From assembly GCA_041659265.1 (NCBI GenBank), contig JBAZYP010000009.1, forward strand, positions 12,201 to 76,200: a stretch of DNA of 64,000 nucleotides. Direction: 5' to 3'. A model generated the notes under the pieces. The model was not told the origin of the DNA, ran no database searches, and saw only the letters and a program-made list of their open reading frames with translations. Shown piece by piece: positions 28,187 through 36,016 of the stretch (positions are counted from its first letter, which is position 1; each line of letters begins with the position of its first letter). Made by a program: the position numbers and the translations under genes. The stretch comes from Candidatus Pacearchaeota archaeon (GTDB lineage: Archaea > Nanobdellota > Nanobdellia > Pacearchaeales > GW2011-AR1).

Positions 28187-29200
28187 ATGGAAATTTTCAA
28201 TAGTCTTATTAGTCCTGAGGAATTAATTAAAGAAATCCCAACTAGTATTGCTGTTATAGAAAATGTTAAGAAATCCAGGCAAGAAATTAAAGATATACTT
28301 GATGGAAAGGATAAGAGGAAGATATTTGTTATTGGCCCTTGTTCAATACATAATTTTAATGAAGCATTAAAATATGCTGAAAAATTGAAAAATTTACAGG
28401 AAAAAGTTAAAGATAGGGTATTATTATTAATGAGAGTTTATCTTGAAAAACCAAGAACTAGTTCTGGATGGAAGGGTTTTATTAATGATCCTGATTTAAA
28501 TGAAAGTTATAATATTGAAAAAGGATTAAAATTATCAAGAGAATTATTAATTAAAATTATTGAATTAGGGGTTCCTTGTGCAACTGAATTTTTAGAAATA
28601 TTAGTTTATCCTTATATACAAGATTTAATTTCATGGGGTGCAATTGGTGCACGAACTACTGAATCTCCTGTACATAGACAAATTGTATCTGGGATGGATA
28701 TTCCTATAGGATTTAAAAATTTAACTTCAGGGGATATTGATAGTGCAATAAATGCAATTATTTTTTCAAGCAATCCTAATCATTTTATTGGTATTGATAT
28801 AAATGGAAAAGTTTCTAAAATTTCTACAAGTGGAAATAAATATTGCAATTTAGTTTTAAGAGGTGGAATAACTGGGCCTAATTATGAGGATGAATTTGTT
28901 GAAGAAAGCCAGAAGAGATTAAAAGAAAAGGCAATTTCTGAAAAAATCTTTATTGATTGCAATCATGGAAATTCTTTAAAAGATTATTCTAGGCAGCCTG
29001 ATGTTTTTAGAGAGGTTGTAGCTCAGATGATAAAAAATACTAATCTTATTGGAGTCATGTTAGAATCTAATATAAATGAAGGTAAACAAATTATTCCTGA
29101 AGATTTAAAACAATTAAAGGAAGGAGTTTCAGTTACTGATGGTTGCATTAGTTTTGAAGTAACAGAAAAACTAATTTTAGAAGCCTATTCTATACTTTAA
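28187..29200 (+). CDS. 3-deoxy-7-phosphoheptulonate (DAHP) synthase, class I AroG/F/H-like
   Basis: IFVIGPCSIHN, LLLMRVYLEKPRTSSGWKGFINDP and IDCNHGNS motifs. About 340 aa. Confidence 0.8.
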   Translation: MEIFNSLISPEELIKEIPTSIAVIENVKKSRQEIKDILDGKDKRKIFVIGPCSIHNFNEALKYAEKLKNLQEKVKDRVLLLMRVYLEKPRTSSGWKGFINDPDLNESYNIEKGLKLSRELLIKIIELGVPCATEFLEILVYPYIQDLISWGAIGARTTESPVHRQIVSGMDIPIGFKNLTSGDIDSAINAIIFSSNPNHFIGIDINGKVSKISTSGNKYCNLVLRGGITGPNYEDEFVEESQKRLKEKAISEKIFIDCNHGNSLKDYSRQPDVFREVVAQMIKNTNLIGVMLESNINEGKQIIPEDLKQLKEGVSVTDGCISFEVTEKLILEAYSIL

Positions 29201-29204
29201 AGTT

Positions 29205-29225
29205 AAATTTGCTGCTTGCAAATTT
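29205..29225 (+). terminator. hairpin after DAHP synthase stop (AAATTTGC-TGCTT-GCAAATTT) followed by T-run
   Basis: Perfect 8-bp inverted repeat 4 nt after the stop, with T6 at 29235-29240. Archaeal termination mainly needs oligo-T, so the role is tentative. Confidence 0.3.
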
Positions 29226-29286
29226 AAGTTATAATTTTTTATTAATAATTTGCAATTTTAAAATTGAAATAAATTTAATTTTAAAT

Positions 29287-29505
29287 CTAGTCATCTAAAA
29301 TCGAATTATAGAAGTCTTTTGTGAACCATATCCAAACACCAGTTATAACAATACCCGCAGACCAGAATAATATTACAAGGTTAAGCAATGTAGAAGATGA
29401 TCCTTCACCAACGACATTTCCAGTTATTCCTTCTGAAGAGGCTATAAGCAAGACGAATAAACCAAATGTCATCATAATAGCTGAAAGGGTTTTTTGCATG
29501 ATCAT
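29287..29505 (-). CDS. small two-TM membrane protein with ITGNVV motif
   Basis: 72 aa arranged as TM, SSEGITGNVVGEG, then TM. Preferred over the overlapping plus-strand ORF 29321..29518 because of its clear hydrophobic helices. Confidence 0.45.
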   Translation of the reverse strand: MIMQKTLSAIMMTFGLFVLLIASSEGITGNVVGEGSSSTLLNLVILFWSAGIVITGVWIWFTKDFYNSILDD

Positions 29506-29684
29506 AGTAGATATATAAAATAATGTTGATATTTAAAGGTTATTTTTGTATATAATTGTTTGGAAATGATTGAAGAGAATGGTTTTAAATAAATAATTTT
29601 AAAAAATTAAGAAAAAATAAAATATTACAGAATATTTTTATTATACTAAGATAGATTTAAATATTTTTTATTTCTTTTAATTTT

Positions 29685-29981
29685 ATGGAATTAAAATGGT
29701 ATCAGTGGGTAGGTTTTTTAATATTTTTTACATATACCTATTTAATTTTAACGGTAACAACATCTACGCCTAGAGAGAATTATATCATTAATTATATTAT
29801 GATTGTTATAGGTTTTTTAATCGTTTTAGTTGGTTGGTTTGAAACCAGAAAAAATAAGGAAAAAAATAATAAAAGAAGTAAATGGAAAATTTTTCTCTAT
29901 TCCTCCCTTTATATTCTTATGTTTTTATTTCTTATGATAGATCTTCTAGATTTTTTAATATTTCTTTCATGGTTTTTTTAG
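29685..29981 (+). CDS. small membrane protein
   Basis: 98 aa with three or four hydrophobic helices and a basic loop (RKNKEKNNKRSKWK). Confidence 0.4.
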   Translation: MELKWYQWVGFLIFFTYTYLILTVTTSTPRENYIINYIMIVIGFLIVLVGWFETRKNKEKNNKRSKWKIFLYSSLYILMFLFLMIDLLDFLIFLSWFF

Positions 29982-30103
29982 GTAATTTAATATTTAACAA
30001 TATTAGATCTAAACCTCTAGGCCGGTAAAATCTATAATATATGTTAGATAACTTCTATTATTATGTAATTGAGTTTAAAAAATGGATTTAGTATATCTTT
30101 ATT

Positions 30104-31105
30104 ATGAAACCTCAAAAAAAGGTTAGAAATTGGTTTTTATTTGGGGTGATGTTAATTGTAGTTCTTAATTTTGTTGATGCTATTGATGTAGGAAATGGTG
30201 TTGGAGTAAATATACAGCCGGTTAAACTTGCTCCAAAAGTGTGGTTATGTGAGAATCGTTCATTTAATAATTATGTAGTTGAAAATGAAGTAATAAAATG
30301 GAAAATACTTATTTTTGACAAATATGACATTAATAGGCTTGGTAATGTTATTGGTTTAGTTATTAATGAAGATAACAAGAATATAGAATTAAATTGTATT
30401 CCTGATGCAAATTCAAATTCATTAGGAATTCTAGATCCTTCATGTAATGCAAAATTTAGCGACTTCATAATTAATGAATTTGGAAAAGATTCTATGATAT
30501 ATTATACTTGTAGTCTTACTGCTGAAAATTATAATAAAATGAATGGAAAATATATTTTATCTTTTGAAGCAACTAATGCAGTAGGAATTTCTGAAAGAAA
30601 TTTAGGTGTAGAATATTTGTTTATAACTCCAATACCTTCTATACATATTAATTTTAATTCAACAAATAATGATATCGATGTAAAAACAGATTTAGATTAT
30701 TATATAAGGGATTATTCTGAAAAATGCTTGGATAAATATTGTAATAAGAAAATTAAAAAGTATTTTATTTCAAATGATAAACAAGATGCGTATTTAGAGT
30801 TAAAATATATAAAATCAAGAAATAATGGACAAATAGAAATTATTAATTTATCTTATAATGGGGTTAAACAACCTATAAAACGGAATTCATTCAAAATTAT
30901 GAATTCTACAAGAGGTATTAGTGAAAGACTTATTGTTGATAAAATATCATTAAATCTTGATTATAATAAGAGAAAAGATGAAACAATGGTTAAATCTTAT
31001 GGGGCAAGAAAAGTCCTAACAACAAAAGGAAATGGATTATCTTTAATTCAGTTAAATATTATTAATGGAAATTTTAATTATTCTATAATTAGGGATACTC
31101 TCTAA
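30104..31105 (+). CDS. secreted protein, unknown function
   Basis: Signal peptide WFLFGVMLIVVLNFVDA. Flanked by CCTCYAGGCCGGT repeats at 30014-30026 and 31134-31146. Confidence 0.55.
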   Translation: MKPQKKVRNWFLFGVMLIVVLNFVDAIDVGNGVGVNIQPVKLAPKVWLCENRSFNNYVVENEVIKWKILIFDKYDINRLGNVIGLVINEDNKNIELNCIPDANSNSLGILDPSCNAKFSDFIINEFGKDSMIYYTCSLTAENYNKMNGKYILSFEATNAVGISERNLGVEYLFITPIPSIHINFNSTNNDIDVKTDLDYYIRDYSEKCLDKYCNKKIKKYFISNDKQDAYLELKYIKSRNNGQIEIINLSYNGVKQPIKRNSFKIMNSTRGISERLIVDKISLNLDYNKRKDETMVKSYGARKVLTTKGNGLSLIQLNIINGNFNYSIIRDTL

Positions 31106-31131
31106 AAATAGGTTTTTCAACAAAAAAAGAC

Positions 31132-31240
31132 AGCCTCCAGGCCGGTCCTAAAAATTTTATTTTATAAAATTTTTGTCTGATTCAAAAACCATAGAAGTTT
31201 TTGAACAAGTCGAACCGAGCACTTTGGTTAGAATCTGGCT
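31132..31240 (-). other. degenerate tRNA-Thr-derived remnant with 62-nt hairpin-containing insertion
   Basis: AGCCTCCAG(G)CCGG (31132-31145) and AGTCGAACCGA (31208-31218) match the tRNA-Thr 3' acceptor/T-stem and T-loop, split by an insert carrying a 9-bp hairpin (31181-31205). No 5' acceptor or D-arm. Confidence 0.5.
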
Positions 31241-31281
31241 AATGAAGAATTAATATAATATCGCAATAGCGATATTATTTA

Positions 31282-31354
31282 AGCCTCCAGCCGGAGTCGA
31301 ACCGACGACCTACTGATTACAAGTCAGCCGCTCTACCAACTGAGCTATGGAGGC
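31282..31354 (-). tRNA. tRNA-Thr (anticodon UGU)
   Basis: 73-nt cloverleaf: GCCTCCA/TGGAGGC acceptor, GCTC-AGTTGGTA-GAGC D-arm, GCTGA-CTTGTAA-TCAGT anticodon arm, GTCGG-TTCGACT-CCGGC T-arm. Confidence 0.9.
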
Positions 31355-31422
31355 ATTATGGTAAGGGTCAATATATCATGATAAATGAGGTTTAAAAGGA
31401 TTTTGGAAAGAATTTTTATCCT

Positions 31423-31914
31423 TTATAATACATGGTCGTCATCCGTTCGTTTGTAATCATGGATTTCATCTATTGAAAACCATAGTTTTGTTTCATAGCT
31501 AGCGTCTTTTTCATCTGAAGAAGCATGGATGATATTTTTTACAGCTATTTCTTTTGTATCTGCATGACTATAACTTATATGAGAATAATCTCCTCTAATT
31601 GTACCTGGAAGTGCTGCTTTAGATTCAGTTGCACCGCATAGTTTTCTTACATTTTCTATTGCATCAACACCTTCAACAATCATAGCTACAATAGGACCTG
31701 AAGTAATAAAATCTAAAAGCCTTGTTCTAACATGTTCTCCTCTTCTTTTAGCTATATCATCTGTATAATGATTTTGAGCAAGATCTTTAGATATATGCGT
31801 CAATTTAAGCGCAACAATTTTTAATCCTCTTTGTTCAAATCTTCTAATAACTTCTCCAACTAGACCTCTAGCTACTCCATCTGGTTTAACCAATACTAAA
31901 GTTTGTTGAATCAT
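31423..31914 (-). CDS. ndk: nucleoside diphosphate kinase
   Basis: TLVLVKPDGVARGLVGEVIRRFEQRGLKIVALK, GTIRGDY and NIIHASD-type motifs. Confidence 0.9.
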   Translation of the reverse strand: MIQQTLVLVKPDGVARGLVGEVIRRFEQRGLKIVALKLTHISKDLAQNHYTDDIAKRRGEHVRTRLLDFITSGPIVAMIVEGVDAIENVRKLCGATESKAALPGTIRGDYSHISYSHADTKEIAVKNIIHASSDEKDASYETKLWFSIDEIHDYKRTDDDHVL

Positions 31915-32109
31915 TTTTTTTAATAATATCTAGGATTTATAAACTTAATTATGATGAGGCTTTGTTTATGGTTTATAAAATATTATTTTTTATTAATAAT
32001 TTTAAACTTATTTTTACTTGTTTCTCCTCACTTAAGGGGGAGAAAAAGTATAAAATAAGTAGTTTAAATTATAACCTTTGATTATTCTTAAGGAGAATAA
32101 TAATCATAT

Positions 32110-35100
32110 TTAATCCTTAAATAATTTATTTTTTACCTTTAATCTTTCTTTTTTAGGTAATTTTACATATGTCTTTTTTATGTTTTCATAAAAACGAGTT
32201 GCATCATCAGTTCTCTTATCTTTTTTAGCAAGTTCATATTCTTTTATTAATGCGTTTATATCTTTCTTATCGATATAAATTCTTATATTTTTAATATCTT
32301 TATACAAATGTTTTCTACAGCCCTTAGGAACTAATGGATATATTTCTTTAATTTTATGATATTTTTCTCTAGCTGTTTCAATATCTTCTCTTTTTATTGC
32401 TTTTTTTGCTTCTTTAACATATTTGAATATTCTTGAACCATCTTCTTCTTTTTTCCACATATATATTCTGTATCTTTTTATAGAGATAAAGATAAGATAA
32501 ATGATAAATAATCCCAAGATTATTAACATCAAATATGTTAGCCAGTTGTCAAATTTAAGATCACTTAATAAAAAGAATCCTGTAATTTTAACTTCTTTTA
32601 TATAAATTTCTTTAAAGAGTATTGTGTCTGTTTTTTCAAATTCCTTTGGTTCTATTTCTTTTTCTATATAATAGACTAGTTCATTATTTTCATTTAAGTC
32701 TTTTTTACTAATTAATACACTATTTCCTTGTTTTTCAATTGGTAAAGATAAAAATACAGTATTATTAATGTCTGATATTAGTTCACCAGGGATTATTTCC
32801 ATTATTTCTTCAAACGAATCATTTTGAATATTAATTTTTTTAGATATTAGGGTAATCTTTTTTGTTTTTTCTTTATATTCTATTTCAACTTGGTAAACTT
32901 TAGTTGATACAGAAAGATATTTTTGGAATTCTAAATTTGTTTCTACTAGATTTTTTATAATATCTTTATCTATTTCATTTCCTTTTGAAGAAAGATAGTT
33001 GTTTAAAACCGATTCTAAATCATTAGTAATACTATTTTTAACAAATTCCTGCTGTTTTATTATTCTAACATCTAATGGTAATTTATTTTTAATATCGCTG
33101 ATCTCATTATTTATCTCTTGTATCTTTTTTTCTTTTTGAACTTGATCTGAAACATATTTAAGATTATTTCCAAGGTCTTGATCTATTTGTCTTAATCTTT
33201 TATTAAAATAACCTAGATCATTTTCCAAACCTAATAATAGAAGGACATTTTTTTGATCCATTGAATAGGTTTCTTTTTTATCCATAAAATCCTGAAGACT
33301 AGATAATAAACTATCTACTTCTTCTTTTTGAGAGTAAGAATAACTAGTATTTTTTTCATTTTCTTCATCTTCATTGTCATCTTCATTTAATTGATTTGAG
33401 GTTAATAAGTTGTTATTTAAATCAATAGTAAAATCTCTTTTATTTTCATTGTGATTACTTGAGTTATCATAACATTCAATATACCAAGAAAATTCTCCAT
33501 TATGGAATTCTTGCATTGGAATTTCGTAAATTTTATTATTTTCAGGATTAATTTCAGTTTTTGAATATATAAGAACTCCAAACATGCCTGAATTATTATA
33601 AAGTTCAAAAGTGCAATTTGCTAATTTTATATTATCTGATGCCTTATATGAAAATGTTAATGTTGAAGATTTTATTATTGCTTCGTTTTCTGGTCCGATT
33701 AAAGTAATTTCTGGATCAGTTGAATCAATGTTGTTTGTAACTTGAATTGGTCCTTTTTGAATTGAAAACACTCTTCCATCTATAGTTATATTACTTTTTA
33801 TATAAAAAGTTCCTGGAAGTGCATATTTGTGTGAACTTGTTATATTAATATTATTTTCATTAATTGAAAAATAGGAAATATCTAACGCGCCTTCTCCAAA
33901 ATAATTTATTATAGAGCTTATTTTTTCAACAGGAGAATCAATTCTAATATCTAATGTTAAATTTTCATTAGAATTTAATTCAAGTTTATTAGGCGTTATA
34001 TCTATTTTTGCAACTGAGAAATTCTTTGATATTGAATAGGGTTGTTCATAGTAATACGATGTAAGATTAACGGTATATACTCCTGGTGAAGAAATTTCTG
34101 AACCTGATATATTGTATTCCATTGGATAAGGCCCATTTAGATTATTTAAAATAACTTCATTTCCATTTGGTTTTTTTAATATTAATCTAGTTTGAGTTGG
34201 TTTTGAATCAAATCTAAGTCTTATATTTTCTCCTGGAAGATATACTTTATTTTCAATATCTAAAGAGAATGTATCATTAATAATGAAATAACCTGAAATT
34301 GATTTTTCTTTATCATTATCTTTGCATATAAGATCCCATTTATGATTTCCATTAATTAGATTTGTTGGCCAGATCAAGGATAAATTTAGTGCAGGATTAA
34401 AATCAGTTAGATTTTGATGAGAATTTAAATTATCAATTATTAATTTGCATTTTAATCTAGATAGATTAAAATATCCAATATTAAAATTAAAATTAATTGG
34501 ATTAGCTACTAGTGAATTATTAATTGGAAATGTTGAAACTAGGGTAAGATTTTCAGAAAAATCTATTGGATTAAAACTTATTTTAATTCTATATTCTTGT
34601 TCTGATAGATGCGGTACAATCCAAGAGATCCTATCAAACAATTCATCATTATTTGTGTCATAATAAGTAATATTATCAAGTAATTTAGCTTCAACTTTAG
34701 AATAAACTTCTATTTTAGTAAATTCATTTATTTTAGTTGGTATAATATCTGTATAAAGTCTTATTGGATTGTCTATTTCAACTGAACTATTTAAAATAAC
34801 AATTTTTTCAGTTTCATTATGCTTTATTTCTTTTTTTTGAATTTGATTATCACAATTTATTTCTTCAGGCATAAGTCCTTCATAATTCATCAAATCAGAA
34901 TCATCTTCAATATGGCATTCTAAATATCTTTTTTCAATAGGATTATCTTCTTTATTTTCAGTATTTTCTTGTTCAAGAGCTAAAGAAATCGCTTCAACTG
35001 TTTTTAACATTTGAATAGTATCTGAATATTTTGGATTAGATTCATTTAAATCTGATTTAGATAATTCTTCCTGAGTAATATTTTCTTTTTGATTTTCAAT

Positions 35101-35691
35101 ATTTGTTGAAGAATTACTTTGAGATGAAGTTGTTTGTTCAATAATTTTAACTTCTCCAGAGGAACTTGTACCAATATTTCCTTCACTTGAACCGCCATTG
35201 AAAGTTATTGATGCTTCTTTAACTGGTTCTTCATTAGTATTATTTGAAGAATTTTCTTGTTCTTTATAATCTTCATTAGTTTCATTATTAGATGTTATTT
35301 TTCTTTCAGAATTATTTTCTTGTGAATCTTTAATTGGTGAATCCATTTTTGATTCAACCTCAACAAGATCAAATTCAGATTCTATTTTTTCATTAGAATC
35401 ATTTTTATTAATTGTAGAAACTTGTTCTTCAGATTTGTTTACTAAAATAGAACTATCCTGAATTATTGATGGAGTTTGTTTATTTTCTGTTGAAGAAGTT
35501 GATTCTGTTGATACAGATATTTCTAATTGTTGAGTTTGTTTAATTTCATTAGTATTTTCAATATTAGTTTTATCTAAATCAATAGTAGTATTATCCTGGC
35601 TTAAAACTATGATATTTGAAACTGAGATTAAGATTAAAGTAATTAATAATAAAGATATATTTTTGTTAAGAAATTTCATTTTATTTATCAC
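32110..35691 (-). CDS. giant surface protein (1193 aa): signal peptide, acidic/Ser-Asn-rich region, Ig/CARDB-like domains, ITGFFLL motif, TM, helical cytoplasmic tail
   Basis: N-terminus MKFLNKNISLLLITLILISVSNIIVLS. Ig-like module starts (DSTDPEITL). TM LTYLMLIILGLFIIYLIFISI. Tail has two copies of the A..Y..IK..Y..LP motif. Confidence 0.75.
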   Translation of the reverse strand: MINKMKFLNKNISLLLITLILISVSNIIVLSQDNTTIDLDKTNIENTNEIKQTQQLEISVSTESTSSTENKQTPSIIQDSSILVNKSEEQVSTINKNDSNEKIESEFDLVEVESKMDSPIKDSQENNSERKITSNNETNEDYKEQENSSNNTNEEPVKEASITFNGGSSEGNIGTSSSGEVKIIEQTTSSQSNSSTNIENQKENITQEELSKSDLNESNPKYSDTIQMLKTVEAISLALEQENTENKEDNPIEKRYLECHIEDDSDLMNYEGLMPEEINCDNQIQKKEIKHNETEKIVILNSSVEIDNPIRLYTDIIPTKINEFTKIEVYSKVEAKLLDNITYYDTNNDELFDRISWIVPHLSEQEYRIKISFNPIDFSENLTLVSTFPINNSLVANPINFNFNIGYFNLSRLKCKLIIDNLNSHQNLTDFNPALNLSLIWPTNLINGNHKWDLICKDNDKEKSISGYFIINDTFSLDIENKVYLPGENIRLRFDSKPTQTRLILKKPNGNEVILNNLNGPYPMEYNISGSEISSPGVYTVNLTSYYYEQPYSISKNFSVAKIDITPNKLELNSNENLTLDIRIDSPVEKISSIINYFGEGALDISYFSINENNINITSSHKYALPGTFYIKSNITIDGRVFSIQKGPIQVTNNIDSTDPEITLIGPENEAIIKSSTLTFSYKASDNIKLANCTFELYNNSGMFGVLIYSKTEINPENNKIYEIPMQEFHNGEFSWYIECYDNSSNHNENKRDFTIDLNNNLLTSNQLNEDDNEDEENEKNTSYSYSQKEEVDSLLSSLQDFMDKKETYSMDQKNVLLLLGLENDLGYFNKRLRQIDQDLGNNLKYVSDQVQKEKKIQEINNEISDIKNKLPLDVRIIKQQEFVKNSITNDLESVLNNYLSSKGNEIDKDIIKNLVETNLEFQKYLSVSTKVYQVEIEYKEKTKKITLISKKINIQNDSFEEIMEIIPGELISDINNTVFLSLPIEKQGNSVLISKKDLNENNELVYYIEKEIEPKEFEKTDTILFKEIYIKEVKITGFFLLSDLKFDNWLTYLMLIILGLFIIYLIFISIKRYRIYMWKKEEDGSRIFKYVKEAKKAIKREDIETAREKYHKIKEIYPLVPKGCRKHLYKDIKNIRIYIDKKDINALIKEYELAKKDKRTDDATRFYENIKKTYVKLPKKERLKVKNKLFKD

Positions 35692-35929
35692 CTTTTTTTT
35701 CTAGTTTATTTATCTTTAAGAATCCTTCATTATATAACCATAATGTTAAAATTTTTCCAACTACATCTTGCTCATTACTTCCCATAATGCCTACTAATTT
35801 TTGCAGAATATCTCTTTGATTGTCAGTAATCGTACCTTTAACAACGACGGTTTTTGCTCTATTTTTTTCATCAGGTCTCTTTTGAGACTCTTTTAAGCCC
35901 TCTTTTAGCATAAAATAGATACTTTTCAA
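35681..35929 (-). CDS. ribbon-helix-helix-like small DNA-binding protein
   Basis: TVVVKGTITDNQRDILQKLVGIMGSNEQDVVGKILTLWL fits a strand-helix-helix pattern. Track start is TTG 35929, with an alternative ATG at 35911. 11-nt overlap with the 1193-aa gene. Confidence 0.45.
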   Translation of the reverse strand: MKSIYFMLKEGLKESQKRPDEKNRAKTVVVKGTITDNQRDILQKLVGIMGSNEQDVVGKILTLWLYNEGFLKINKLEKKGDK

Positions 35930-36016
35930 GTCTTTATAAACCTTTTCATTAAGGTTTTTTAATAGTATATTTTTTCTTTCAAAAAGGTATATAAATTATA
36001 ATTGAGGTATTATATA

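Noticed and set aside
30014-31354. Intact integrated mobile element or prophage at tRNA-Thr
   Set aside because: No integrase, transposase, capsid or replication genes lie between or near the repeats. Only a single secreted-protein gene is present, so at most this is a decayed scar (reported as a finding, not called as a mobile element).
31915-32109. Hairpins TTTCTCC-N11-GGAGAAA and ATTATTCT-TAAGG-AGAATAAT between the 1193-aa gene and ndk as terminators or sRNA
   Set aside because: These are short stems in AT-rich DNA. Archaeal termination does not need hairpins, and nothing supports an RNA gene. Not annotated.
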